64,000 nucleotides of DNA from Fistulifera solaris (Eukaryota), in the NCBI GenBank assembly GCA_030295235.1, contig AP026126.1, positions 558,001-622,000 on the forward strand. Reading direction: 5' to 3'. The position numbers and the translations under genes were made by a program. Shown piece after piece: positions 12,503-25,873 of this stretch. The notes beneath the pieces were generated by a model. It saw only the letters and a program-made list of their open reading frames with translations. It was not told the origin of the DNA and did no database searches. The first letter of the stretch is position 1. The number at the start of each line of letters is the position of its first letter.

Positions 12503-13160
12503 ATGGATAATCCATCAGCGTTTGACACCTGTCCAACCATTGCGCCCTTCCTGGGTTATGCGGGTGTGGCTTTGTCGATTATTCTCGCGAGTGAGTGACC
12601 TACAATGTCCACAAGAACGAATAATAGATTGGTTGGCTGACTGTGTTCTCTTTTCTATCATAGACACTGGGGCTGCAATGGGAACAGCTAGAGCAGGTGT
12701 GGGTATTATGCAGAGCGGAATAAAAAGCCCTGACCTTGTTTGGAGAAACTTAATTCCAATTGTCATGGCCGGTGTGAATGGTATTTATGGTTTGATCACC
12801 AGCATCGTTGTTCTTGGGTCAATCGCCATGCCGAGTATGGGAGGAAATAACCGCTATTCACTGTATACTGGTTGTGCGCATCTCGCTGCTGGGCTTTGTT
12901 GCGGTTTAAGTGGCCTCGGTTCCGGCGCCTGCATCGGTATTGCTGGTGATGCCGCCATTATGGCTTGCGGATCGTACGATGTCGAATCAAAAAGATCGAT
13001 TGGAAGACGCCGAGGCGACGGAAAGAAGAAATCTGGCGGCGGAGAAAAATTATTTGTTGCCATGGTGTTGGTACAAGTTTTTGCTGGGAATATCGCTCTG
13101 TACGGCTTGATTGCATCGATCATCCTTAGTCAACAAATATTTTATTGCGGGGGTGAATAA
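12503..13160 (+). CDS. V-type ATPase proteolipid subunit c-like protein, atypical (no conserved Glu); intron 12591..12663
   Basis: APFLGYAGVA, GAAMGTARAGVGI, LIPIVMAGVNGIYGLI, HLAAGLCCGLSGLGSGACIGIAGDA, ALYGLIASIIL. Four-TM proteolipid layout. Confidence 0.9.
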
Positions 13161-13432
13161 ACAAAACCGTAGGCACACTACGCGTCGGTATCAGAATATA
13201 CAGGCAAACTAATTGCAACTTTGTCAATCATACAAGAATAAGTAAGTTACCATAAACTTCATGAACACACTTCATTCTTGAGGCACTGTCAAAACTTTAT
13301 TTCTCGCTAGATTTCATTTCGCTGGATCACTATCAACAAGTGAAGCCAAATATTTTTTTGATTACAGGCCGTTCGGCTGGCAAATAGCTAATTTCAAAAG
13401 TCCCAGATGATTGGCGTCGTCGACACGACTTG

Positions 13433-13676
13433 AACGACTTGATTGCAGTCGTGACCAGAACGAATACGAATGATATGGCAAACAATAGGTTAACCAATGA
13501 AAGAAGGATATTTGAAAGATGTGATTGCGATCAACGCGTGGTGACTAGTCTAGCTTAGCATAGTCATTTGCGTCGTGCGACTACGATTATCTGTGTCGAA
13601 AGGCTCGTTCTTTGGAAAAACTGCACTATAGACACCAAGTGTAGTCTCAACTTTAACGTGACTGGATTCAGTCATG
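13433..13676. repeat. Pair of dispersed palindrome copies (13433..13453, reverse orientation; 13657..13676)
   Basis: AACGACTT-GATTG-CAGTCGTG and CGTGACTG-GATT-CAGTCATG. Confidence 0.6.
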
Positions 13677-14205
13677 ATCACAACAAACATGGACGATTGG
13701 AAGGGGAACAACTAGTTTCACAAAGGAAACAGATATGCTACAGATTATCTAACAATTGAAAATAAAGGTAACAACATTATCATTGATTTGACTTTTCAAT
13801 TGTTCGCATCGGAATTCTTCCGGATCTATATTCGCAGCTACGTTTTGCTCGGTACTTGTACCTGACTCACCGGTACCCGATGATGTTCACAGTTGTTTTA
13901 CTCGCCTCGTTGAATTTTTTTTGAATGGTGCCCCGTCGCTTCATGCTTCTTTTAAATCATTAAGATCGTTTCGATTAAAAAGAGGCAACAACTTAGTAAT
14001 CATCAAGCACAGGAGAGCAGAAAGGTGACAAGGGACAGGCACGCCGTTTGCGAAACTTCTGTTGCTGTGTGTTCCTTATTTTGTCGGCAATTACTTTAGA
14101 AATTGATGTCAGACCAAGCCAGCATACTAAGCGTGCAAGGACGTGGTATCTTTTCGTAAAGCCAATCTGTGAGTACCTGGCTGGAAATTTTAGCGTTTTT
14201 TCACG

Positions 14206-16376
14206 ATGGATCGTACGCCAGGACCTGCGAGATCGCAAGGAAGATCAAATAATGGCACTGGAAGAGGTCCACCGCAACCTATCTTTGATAGACGAGAACC
14301 GCGGAGGGGATTGCCCGGCAACCACCTTGGGATGCATGGCAATTCCGGATGGCGAGGTTATCCAGGACCAGGCCGTTTTCGCCAGCATCGTCCTCCCGGA
14401 CCTATCCACGGGAGAGGATTACCTATACCCCGCCCAGGACCCCCACCACCTCCTCCTCGTCAATCACTGCCACCACCTCCGCCGCCCATGTTTGCCCATG
14501 CTGCACCGCGGGGATCTTCTTTACATCTCGGTCGCGGACGAGGGGGTGGTCCGCCTGTGATAAGGCCACCAATACACCAAGGCACAAGGCACGGGCCTGG
14601 TTTTTCACTTCATCCCCTAGACCTCCTCTCATTCCCCCTCCCCCTCCGCTACCCCAGGCGTATCCGATTCCTCCGCAAAGCAACCATATCTTTCCAACGA
14701 TCCCACCACCGCTAACCGGCTATATTCCTCAATCAGGCATACCGCCTGTACACCCACCTGTTCATACAACTACCAATACTGTCAATAACAACCACAACTC
14801 CGTTTGGTCCGAATTCACATCTCCTGCTGGTGTGAAATACTATTACAATTCAGTCACGAAACAAAGCACCTACGAGAAACCAGCTGGGTTTGTGTCTCCT
14901 CAGCTAACTTCTACCACTCCGCAACAAGCTACGACAAATGCTTCTGAATGGAAAGAGTACACCGACAATGCTACCGGCAGGAAGTATTACTCGGATGGCG
15001 TCACAACCACTTGGGAAAGGCCAGCAAGTTTGTCTAAGCCTACGTTTCCTTTGTCAACCGATAAAGCAGGTTCTTCATCGAGTTCTAGCGATCCACCAAA
15101 CAAACGGCTGAAATTTACCACTAGGCCGAAAAACGAGTTTGGAAGCAAAGAGGAGGCAATAGCTGCTTTCAAGGGATTTCTGATTGCAAAAGATGTGTCC
15201 CCGACAATAAAATGGAGTGAGCTTACAAAATTGTATTCCTCAGATCCTCGTTGGATGATTTGCGAAGACGCCTTGGCAACTGGAGAAAGGAAGCAGGCCC
15301 TTGCTGAATATCAGACCAAACGAGCGAACGAGCTCCGCCAGATGGAGCGCCAAGAAAAGATCCGTGCACGGGAAGCTTTCATGGAACTTCTGACAGATTT
15401 CTTACCAAAATTGAAAGCCTTATCATCATGGAAAACATCCTTCACCGACATTCGTGATTCTTTATCACGAGACGACCGATTTCACGCCGTAGCCGACGAA
15501 TCGACACGAGAGAGTCTTTTCCTAGATTTTTGTGAGGAAATAAGGAAAAGAGAAGAAAGAAAGAAGCTCGACCGGCGTCGACAAGCTAAGGAAAATTTCA
15601 TTGCTTTTCTGTCTGAAAAACAAGAGGGCGGTTATCTTAGCTTTGCTTCGACATGGAACTCTTTCGTGGCATCCCTTGATGAGAACGATAAGAACGATGA
15701 ACGATTTGGCGAATCAATTCACATGTCGGATTCTGACAGAGAAACGTACTTTGCCGATTTTGTACATGACCTTCTGGTATCTGAGGAGGACAAACGTTGG
15801 CGTCTTCGCGATATGAAACGGATGTCGGTAGATGTGGAGCGGGATGCTTACGAAAACTTTCTTTGTCGACTCGCCCGTGACGACGAAAAGCTTTTCCCAT
15901 GGTCTGGGTGGAGAGACATTGAAGACGCAATAACCGTCGACTCGAGCTACTTATTACTTTATGAGCTTGATTCAGACGCTCCAAAAGTGGTATTCGAAGA
16001 ATTTCTTTCCGAATGGAACCACCGATACCGAAAAGATCAAGAAATCTTGGCGGAACTGCTAAGACCATCCTCACATATAAAACTTGTCGTTGACCGTGAA
16101 ACGTCATTCAATACTTTTAAAGAAGCCATCTTAGAAGCGGCACAAAGGTCCCCTGGTCTACTGGACGAGGTACATGATATTTTCAATCAAGCCGAACCTG
16201 TATCTAGTGCCAAAGTCTTTTTGAGAGAGATGCAATTAAAAAACGGGATCGGAAGACCCGTTATCCGTCGCGCCGGAGCTTTGCGCATAGGTCATTACGA
16301 TTCTAGCGAAGACGAAGGAGAGATAACCGAAGACGCTGAGATGGAAAGTAAGGGGCGCACAACACACAACGAGTAG
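14206..16376 (+). CDS. PRP40: PRP40-like WW/FF-domain pre-mRNA processing protein; apparent frameshift near 14614-14617
   Basis: Pro-rich N-terminus, two WW domains (WSEFTSPAGVKYYYNSVTKQSTYEKP; WKEYTDNATGRKYYSDGVTTTWERP) and FF repeats (EEAIAAFKGFL...ERKQALAEY). Confidence 0.85.
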
Positions 16377-16483
16377 AACCACTAAGTTAGAATGTTGCAT
16401 GCGGCATAAGAGGGAATATGATTTGAAATCGCCGTCAATGGGGAATTCTAAAGCGGTTGTAACCCTCAGCAGCATGCGTAAGA

Positions 16484-18046
16484 TCAAAGATGTACTGCAA
16501 GAAGCGAAACAGCATGCAATGATCGCTGTCTGAGTTTTTCTTCTGCATCTGGTCGTACGCCACAACAGGCCAAACTTTCGACCAGTCCGAACTGTTTGGC
16601 CAATCGCGGATGTGCGCTTGTTAGAACGGTGAACGCTAACAAGAGCTCAATCGTCTCACTGTTAACTGCACTTTGCTGAATTTCAGCTGTGGCATGATTT
16701 ACTACAGCTTCCATTAGGTCTGGATTGTAAATCAAGAGTTTCATGCTTGATGAATTGGACGCTATACGGAGCATTGTTTGCATCGCAAGAATTCGCGTGC
16801 CTTTTTCCGAATCATTGGCTAATGTAACGAGTGCTTTGATAGCGAAGGGTATTCTGGCGAGAGTGAAAGCGCTGAACTGATTCTTTGAGTGCTCCGAAAG
16901 GGCCAATGCTGCCCAAAGGCGGATGCTTGCATTAAAAGAGCTGGACAAGCATAACAAGACCTTCATCATCTTGTAGTAAGCGTTGTGACCGACTGCAATG
17001 TATCTCGCAAGTCGCATCAAGGAATACGCAGCGACTGTAGCTACTTCATCTTCCGTCGACGTATCTGATGCAATACGAATAAGACGAGGCACAATTTCTG
17101 CACATCGATTTATCAGCGCACCAGCAGTTCTTCTCTGTATAAGACGAAAAATGACTCTTGCCGAATCGACTCTGACGTCGAGTGATTTCAGATTGGACAC
17201 CATCAACTTCGCAATCGCTCCTTTGTTGTGATTGCAGATCAGTGATTTGAATTTATTGTCCGATACCACTATCTCTACCGTTTTAATGGCAAGTAATTTT
17301 GTAGGGGTATGACTGACGCCAAGGAACAGTTCAAGTGAATCTAGAAACCGGCCTGTCTGCACCAGCTTTCTTCGATTCCGTTTTTCTGTTGCCAAGTTAT
17401 GAAGAATCTGAGCAACATAGAAGCGGACTACGTAATCTTTTGTGACCAGTGCGCAATCCAGTAGGTTTCCTGCGGTTTTTGGTAGTTTAGCAACGTACAT
17501 TCCATTTTCTCGATCGCGGGTCCATGCACTCAGAATCATAGCAGCAAGTTCCGCCTGATCGTCGTTCGATCGCATGAGATAGAGAAGCAAACCAATGAGG
17601 ACGTGTCCGTCCTTGATGAAAAGGAATGATACTTTGATCTCTCGTAGATCATGAAGCAACGCCAACAACGCTCTTTGCGACAGCATCCCCTTTTGTTTGT
17701 GCAACAGAACCGCAAGGAGTAACAATAGTTCGGCGCCTTGATCGCAGAAAAAGGGGCTGGTTACATTAGCTGCGTTGAAGAGAAGGCTTCGAAGCAAATT
17801 GCATGTCAGAACAGTTGAGCGATCATCACTCGATTTTCGGCACCGATTAAGACATTTCAGAACAAGCGTGGCGGCACCGTTGTCACAGAGAAAGCAGCAA
17901 TCAGTCGGGCTGAGGTTTGTGAAGAAAGTATTCGCTACCTTTAGAAGTTCAATCTCGGTTTCCAGGTCCGGAGCTTCGACAATTAATTCTAACAGTCGCA
18001 CGCTTTCGCATATTCTCGTCGAGCTGCACGTCGAGTCTCTCATCAT
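16484..18046 (-). CDS. Armadillo/HEAT-like helical repeat protein
   Basis: Long (over 500 aa) Leu/Ala-rich ORF with ARM-like periodic helices (e.g. IRLWAALALSEHS, AQILHNLATEKRNR). Confidence 0.65.
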   Translation of the reverse strand: MMRDSTCSSTRICESVRLLELIVEAPDLETEIELLKVANTFFTNLSPTDCCFLCDNGAATLVLKCLNRCRKSSDDRSTVLTCNLLRSLLFNAANVTSPFFCDQGAELLLLLAVLLHKQKGMLSQRALLALLHDLREIKVSFLFIKDGHVLIGLLLYLMRSNDDQAELAAMILSAWTRDRENGMYVAKLPKTAGNLLDCALVTKDYVVRFYVAQILHNLATEKRNRRKLVQTGRFLDSLELFLGVSHTPTKLLAIKTVEIVVSDNKFKSLICNHNKGAIAKLMVSNLKSLDVRVDSARVIFRLIQRRTAGALINRCAEIVPRLIRIASDTSTEDEVATVAAYSLMRLARYIAVGHNAYYKMMKVLLCLSSSFNASIRLWAALALSEHSKNQFSAFTLARIPFAIKALVTLANDSEKGTRILAMQTMLRIASNSSSMKLLIYNPDLMEAVVNHATAEIQQSAVNSETIELLLAFTVLTSAHPRLAKQFGLVESLACCGVRPDAEEKLRQRSLHAVSLLAVHL

Positions 18047-18866
18047 GGCATGGTTTTTGATACTTGAGGACAAGCTTCGACCGATTTGTTTTTTGCAAAT
18101 GATTATTCTACGATTATGACTTTGTATGTGCCTAACGGAAATCTTGTCTAATACAGCACCCACATGAAAGCTCTAAGTACTGAAATGCTATACCACGTTT
18201 GTTTTTCGCCTGAATATGTCGTTTTTTATCGAATTAGGTGTTTCTTATTTACTGAAATAAAAACTTCACAAAAGTGGCTTGGCAACGCCTTCTTTATATA
18301 AAGCCTTTCGGAGTCTATCTTCCATTAGGCGTTTTGCCCATAGCGCCGATCCCAATTTTAGCGTCACTAACCCTCCTAGCGCTCAACGACTTTGATGAAG
18401 CGGTAAGGTTAAGTGTTACCTGGTACGGACGTAACGAAGCAAAGCTTAATCTCCGGGTCCCGTTGAATACCGGTCAGCGACGACCTTGCGAAGAATTTAG
18501 ATGGCCGGTGCTATTTCAACTGTCCCGCAAACAGTACATTGCATCTTGCATCGGCTCTTCGCTGTCGCACCTCGCGGCTTGCGGAGCCACAAGCCACAGA
18601 GTCGGCCCGATTGTGTTGCAGACCGCACGACGCACGACTTCGTCGATGGTTGGGTGGTACGTTATTTTCCTCTACAAGAATCTTGGTTATTGAATAAACT
18701 CAGACGTTCGCTAATCAGCAATTGAATAGGACGACTGGGTTTATCTCTTGAGTGGAAAGGTTATAACACTTATTGGGTACTCCTTTTGTTTCAGCAAGAA
18801 GGAGAGAAGAAACGGAGAAAAATTTGTTGGAACGTTTTGTGCGGCAAACAGGTTGCCAGCTGACAA

Positions 18867-21800
18867 ATGAGTGTGGAGAAGCAGAACGGGGCAAAAGAAA
18901 TTTCTGTGAAGCAAATAGAAATTCAAAAATCGTCGAGCATGCATAATCAATCTTCAGTGAATCCGGAAACCATGGAAAGATTGCCTCCATCGACATCGGA
19001 CCCACATGTTCTCAAGACTGCCAGCATTACTGAAAACGAGTCTTTTCGAAACGGGGAAAACGAGGTGCGAGACTGGATCGAAGCCCTCGACGCTCGGGAG
19101 CGTAGTTGTGCCCTCGCTTTCGTGGATGAATCGTTTTTGACGGCGCTTTTATCCTTTGCATCATGGTCCCTTTCGCCTTCAACCGCCAAAGGGGGTCCGA
19201 GTAAGTACAATAGCGTTTTGAGTACAATCCTACGTCGTCCCGGCGTCTGTTCGTCGGTCAGCGATTCCCGTCACGTTGAATGATGAAGATTCCATTCGAC
19301 TAGGGCGAAGAGCAATCGACAACTTTGATGTTGAGCGGTCGGGTATACATTGTGTGAAAAATCAATTCAGATTACTTATGCATTCTCAAACCTTTCTTTC
19401 TTATTATTCAGGCAACCAAATCGACTGGACTGCGACGGTGGATGTGGACGCTTTCTCGGAGTCCATGCTTGGGCGTCCGCATGAAATATTATTATCGGTA
19501 TCTAGCGCAGAAGATGGCAATGTTGAAGCAAAAGACGAATTCGACAAAAGCACGAAGGCGACACATGCGACTATCGAAGAAACAGGGCGTGAACTTATTG
19601 ATTCTAATGCGTTAAGGATACCAAGGAACAAAAATGCTCGAGAACTTGCACTTAGCGATTTCAACCTGATATCACGTGTTATCAACAAGGCATACCTTGT
19701 CTTTCCGGCTGTTTTTCGCCATTTTGATGCAGAATTTGGGGATGAGAAGAGCCCCGCAATCGTTGTGACTCATGACGATAAGAGCGAGTGGCAACAAGCG
19801 CTGAATGCATTCGACGAAGTTTTTACACACTTCTTTGGTTCAGGTTTTCTGATTAATGTCGATTTGTCTCAAACATCGATTGAAACGCTCTTGTTTTTAC
19901 GGTTGGAGCACTTGAAGAAAGTGAACAATTTTGTTCCTTTGGCACTTATCTTTCTCGTTCGTCTCGAGGTCGCCGCTATATTGTCCTTTAAAGATGAATT
20001 TCATTCAAGCCATGATCCTACTACGAGATTACGGAAGCCTTTATCTCGATTATTGTTCACCACCACAATGCTTGCGTCGAATACTCAGATTAATTGTAGC
20101 TTGGCTTCTTTTCTGTCGGCGTTCTGCATACCCAGTGATTCATCTATCGACATTACCTCTCTTTGGCTCACTCCTCTCAGCTATCTTTCATACGTTGAAC
20201 GCAACAACATGAAGTACGACTGGGTCGCTTTAGACAACGCCATCGGTCTGTCATTGAATCAGGTAGAGGCCCCGAATCCCGCCGACGATGAAGTTTGCAT
20301 TCGTAGCGAAGGTACCGGCACCGAATCGAAAGAAGCTCAAATAATAGACGTACAGAATGCCACTAGCGAGAGCCACGACAATTTGTCCATTCATCTAAAG
20401 AAGAAGAGGAAATCGAGAAAGCGAAAGGTGCGTATTTTTGGCGAACTTCCTTTTTTTCTTTCGTTGTAGCAGTCTTACATTTACATGTTTTCTTACATTT
20501 TTCAGGGAGGAAAGAAAAGTTCTCACAGCGAAAAGCATAGTATTGAGACGATAGACGTGGAGGTAGAGCGTGGAATCAAGGAAGTTGTCGTAACAATGGC
20601 GGGGACGCCTCCGATAGATTCCGAAAGTCTGGTGATAAAGCCAATTTTTTCTCCCCATATTGTCTCAGATGAAGTGCTGCCACATCTTAATCAGTCTATT
20701 TCAATATCAAGTGAAGACACAGATCAATCTCTGAGTGCTAAAGACGACGCGGGTAACAAAGACACGTCAGCAGCAGTTGGAGTACCGGTACCGGCACCGA
20801 TTGCTGCGCCCGAGTCGCATCCTTCACAAACGGCTCGAAACGCGGAGATTGAAGAGGACGATGAAGATGCGTGGGAAAGGGTCGAAGTTCGTGGAAGAGG
20901 CAACCGCAGAAAGGGTAGTGATCAGCAGATTCCAGTGAAGAATCGTCCTCACAGTGGCGGACCCGAAACGAGTGGATTAAAAAAAGGCGAAAGGGCCGAG
21001 ATCCGTAGCATCGAGAAAGAAGGTTGCGAACCGTAAAGTTGCAAAAGACATTCTTTCTTCCGTTTTGGACAAGGTAGCGGACGAAGTGCAAGTCAAGAAA
21101 GCTACTAGTTCAAAGCAAGCAGACAACCCCTGGAAAGTTACAAGCAATGTCCTGTCCAACCGATCAGAACCAAAAGTACTTTCTCACGTTCAGTCGAGAA
21201 AAATGACTCCCCCGCGCGAAAAGACCATGCGAGATGTTCTGCTAGGGGCTCAAGAGAGAACTATTTGTGAAAAGCAGCCGTCTGGTGTGCAGAACAATAG
21301 CTCTCCCAACAAGGATCAAGTTGGTCGAACGAAACTCGCCTCATCTAAAGTGGACAAGGACATTTCAGCCGCTACTCTAGCGGATCAAAATACTGCTCCT
21401 ACGTACCAGGAAACGGTCTCCGCCGTTTCAACACCGTCAAATGTCGCCACAAAACAAAACCAAAATTCATCTGAGGAAAGAATTTCGAAGAGTGACTCCT
21501 CCAGCGTGGACGAAACAAGCGAAACGGCTCTAAGCAATGGCCGGCAGTCCACACAACCGAAACCTGGTACAAGCAGTGACAATCCACCGCTCCCGACCTT
21601 GTTGAACCCGGATAATGCCAACAGTACAACTTCTTCCGTAGCGTCGAGCCTTGAAATTCCCAGCGGTTGTCACCGACACCACGCAGGCACCGGAGACGTC
21701 AATGACGTTGGTTATCACCTTTTGGACGTCTGTGACCAGTTAAGCCGAGACATGTGCTTGTTCATGAGCAGACGAGCGTTAGCTCTCGGTGCGCGTCGTC

Positions 21801-23935
21801 GCGAAAGAGGGGCCATCCTCTATGCATTGCAAGATGTGCTTTCAAAGATTTGGCCTAACAGTTGTCATGTAGAGATGTATGGTAGTTGCGCGACTCAGTT
21901 AGATCTTCCTTCATCAGATCTTGACGTCGTTATCATGGGACTGGATAGAACCCAGAACATGATCATACACGCGGCACCTCCTATTCCCGAAATACCTTCG
22001 AGTCCCTTAGTTCACAAGGTTAGACCTGTGAAAGCCTCTATGAACGCGACGTCAGGCACAAGCAATTTGAAACCCCAAGCCCTGGTGAAACAACATCAGG
22101 TACCCTCATATCCTTCATTCATTCCTTTGCCTTTACAATCAAACGCCGATCGAGTTCTTCGACTAGCTGCAGAGTTAGAACTACAACCATGGGCTGTACA
22201 AGTAAATGCTATACCAACCGCATCGGTTCCGGTTGTAAAGGTGCTCTGTGATCCTTCTCGTCTTGTTGGAGGTACAATCAGCGGTGATTGGATGACACAT
22301 CATCAACATCTAGCTACAGACGCGGCTGCAGCAGCCGGGCAATCCCTCAAAGATGTTAATAAAGATAAAGATTCTAGGAGTAAGCAGCAACTGCATTCGC
22401 CGCCGCAGCCAATGCTATCTTGGCGTGGATCAGACGTAATGAACGGGTTGTTGAAGCTTGATATTACTTTCGAAGGCCCCGAACATGGTGGTATTGGATC
22501 AACTCAATTTTCTGCCAGAGTAGTTAACGATGCGTGCCTACAAGCCAACGTAGCCCCAGATGCGACTCCCCTGGTTCAGGTTGTGATGGTGCTGAAAGAG
22601 CTCCTTGTCCAGCGCAAGTTAAACGAACCATACTCTGGAGGCTTGAGTAGTTACGCGCTATTGCTATTGGTAGTTGCACTACTAAGGGAAAGGGAAGTGA
22701 TTCGAAAGGAAATCGAGAGAGTTGAACTCCAACGAAAAGCAATGGCCCAAGGCGACGCAACGGTTGCATTCGCCAACACAGGAGCAGTAGGACGAAGCGA
22801 AGGTGTGATGCCTGGTGCTTCAAAAGCCGAATGTTGGACTCACATGGAGGTTGGGCAGCAAGTCATGAAAAGTGCTGAAAGCAGGTCAGGGAAGGTTAAG
22901 ACCGACGCTTCACTTGGAAGCCAAGTACCGAAGCTCTCGGCAAACTATGTGAAAAGCAAGACCGAGACCATCGGCACTACCACGACGGTATTGTCGTCGT
23001 GGGCATCAGTTGCCAAAAAAGTTCCACGGCAATCGTCGTCGCGGCAACTAGAATCAGCTGGAAAGATAGCAGGGGACACTGCTGCGGCTATTCGAGAAGC
23101 GCCTTTCAAAGAAAAGACGATAGCAACGTTTGCAGATGCTGTTTCAAAAACAGTAGCACCAACAGTGACGGCGAAGATCAATGGGGTTGATTTAAAAAGC
23201 AAGCGGAATGGTTCTCATCCCGTGTCTGATGTTGCACAGCCTGCACAACAAGATGATAAACGCACGCGCACTTTAGCTCCAGCGAATGGAGCAGATTCCT
23301 CGGTGCGATCCAATTCTAAAGACGAAGAGTCCAAGTCTAAGAAACATCCCAAATCAGAAGTGGTGTCTGTCGACCCTTCCATTATCCAGGGCTCCTATTT
23401 CGCCCAGGGCTTCAACGACATCGTTGAGGTTTTATGTTCGGGTGAAACCACTGCTGGCAAGCTACTGATGCATTTCCTTCTGTATTATGGTCAACACTTC
23501 GATGCACAATCCACGGCTATTGACATTTCTGGAAAGCATGAACGACCCTTTTCCAATCACGTGTTTCCATATGCACACATCTCACCATACATACAAAGAC
23601 GAGCACATGGCACCATTGATCCTGTTACAGGGATGCTCACGGTTGATCCGATTGTTATATTTGATCCTCTTGAGGGCGCGGAAAATACTAACGTGGCTCG
23701 TCGCTGTTTTGCCTGGCTTAGCGTTCGATGGATTTTTGCCCAATCTTACAACACCCTGTCGAGCGCGGTTGAAAGAAGCGCTTCACCTTCTACCCCGGGC
23801 GCAAAGCATACAGCAGAGACAAGAGGCGATACTAACGACACAAAACCTCGAGCTTCGTCTACCGTCACCAGCGATGTTTCAAATGATACTACGGATCCTC
23901 AGTCTCCCCTTTTGAGATGCTTGCTTTCATTCTAA
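18867..23935 (+). CDS. Large TRF4/PAPD5-like non-canonical poly(A) polymerase (nucleotidyltransferase); introns 19201..19261, probably 19343..19411, and 20428..20505; apparent frameshift in A7 at 20979-20985
   Basis: Catalytic motif MYGSCATQLDLPSSDLDVVI, plus TASVPVVK, LDITF, LNEPYSGGLSSY, GKLLMHFLLYYG, IFDPLE..NTNVAR. Splice sites link the upstream ORFs in frame. Confidence 0.85.
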
Positions 23936-24010
23936 ACAACTATAAAGATCTTATATAGAAAATATGTGTTTACTGCGATGCTGAATAACTTAATGCAGTG
24001 CTCCATATTT

Positions 24011-25873
24011 TCAAGAGGGCGTCGGATCTCCAAGATCGCATAGTTCGTCTTCCGTGAACAATTTCGGTAGCAGGTACGACCGAATCACCATCAGAAGGCC
24101 GATCATGCTTGGAAAAAGATTGCAGTCGCGCTGTTTTGTTTGAAGAACCACAGCCCAAGTAGGCACGCAATCTGGGTGACAGTGAAAATTGCCGTTTTGG
24201 TCCTTCCAATGTACCTGATCGGATGATCCTTCGGCAGACGGCTAGTTTCGACAAAGCTATCTCTAACGCGCTGCAGAAACGAATTGCCCGACATCAGCTT
24301 TCGCCCCAAGAAGATGAAGGTTCCAGCAACAACTGGAATCGGAACGAACCGCAGTAATGGCAATAGGAATACAGTGGCGGCAAGTAACGCATGTACAGTG
24401 AAACCTGTGACACGAGTTTCCGTTACGTTGACGATTTCTGGTTCGCCCGTTTTCTCGTTAAATCTGGTCTCCGTCATCGCTCGAACATGGCTCAATGATT
24501 GTACGGTTGCGCCACACATCCAAGGCAGCCCGACCAGCGACAAGGCACCTGTAATGATACCAAGGGCGACCATATCAAGGTTGTAGGCCGCACCTTTACT
24601 CAATTTGTTATCAGGATTATTTACAACCCTGACACTGATATTTTGGTCCATGAAAAACAGACTGGATAGAAGCATGGCTGGGAATGCACAGAGAAGCTTC
24701 ACTCGCATAGGGACTGCATGGAGATCAATGAAAAGGTTCCTGTTTCCGGCCAGCTGAAAAGTGCTGGGTACAACAAGAGTGGGAACTGCGAATTTCTTGA
24801 CCCATTGTTGTTGGTTTACAAGTGACATCAAAACAAAGATTGTGACAGGGCCGAAATCCTTGACGAATGTTCGTGCTTTCTGATTAAAGAATTTGCTTGT
24901 TTCGAAAGCGGCTACTTGCATGGTTGACCAGAATGTTGTCAACGCCATAGCCAGCGCAACGAAAGGCATAGTAAGATTCATCGGGTCAGCTGTCTCGAAG
25001 TTTCGTTTGAGTGAAGCTATTGCTTCGTAGAGAAAATTCATACTGAGTAACGCATTGAAAATTTCGTCGGTGAAGCGGGTGCAAAAGCGAATTAATTGAC
25101 TGGAACCTTTTAGTCCCAAAACGACAAAGAAAAAAGCTGGTCCACAGACCAACCCAACTGTAAACCGGAAAGAAAGGCAAGCCTCTCAGGGTACAAAAGC
25201 GAAAGAGTCCTGATATAAATGCCAGCGTCAATCCAGTGGGTGCAATGAAGGCCATGGGCTGCCCGCATAAAATTGAATACGCCACGCCACTAAGACCAGC
25301 ACTGAGAAGAAACTCGACAATCCCCATCGCTCCATTGGTTATTTCGGTGGCTATTGTACCGAAACTAACCGCGGGGGATAGGCACGCAAAGTACAGGAAC
25401 AAAATAGCCGGAACTACTGTCTTCAAATTCGAGAAAGCATCCGTCCAATCCGAAAGGTATACCCCGCGTCGTAACTCGAAATCCTCTTTCATTTCTGGTG
25501 AAATAATATGACCAAAGAGACCCTTATTCTGAGAAGATGCGGTGGCGTTATAAAGCTTGCGCAGAAAGATTCTACGACGATAGCCTCGGTATTTGTCGAT
25601 TTGTTCGAGATACGAAGGTGAAAAGTCGTAAAACGGACCCTCACCGTCTGTCTCGTCGTCTTCCAAAGTCCAAAGTGGTAACGAGGCGCGATAATTTCTC
25701 GCTAAATTTCTGCCATTCCGCAAAGTTGCCCGGACTTCTCGCAATGTTCTCGCTTTCGATATAGTGGCTGTTATACTAGGCGGTGTTGGCTGCTGCAATA
25801 TCGGGAACGATAATACACAAAGAGCAATATTAGCCCACATGCTGAGTTTTAGAAATGTCTTTAGAAAGCTCAT
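24011..25873 (-). CDS. SLC4: SLC4-family bicarbonate/anion transporter with an N-terminal signal-like leader; apparent frameshifts near 25131-25136 and 24110-24117
   Basis: YLSDWTDA, FLYFACLSPAVSFG, GQPMAFIAPTG, TRFTDEIF, FFMDQNIS, KGAAYNLD, GLPWMCGATVQSLSHVRA, ETRVTG. Confidence 0.93.
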
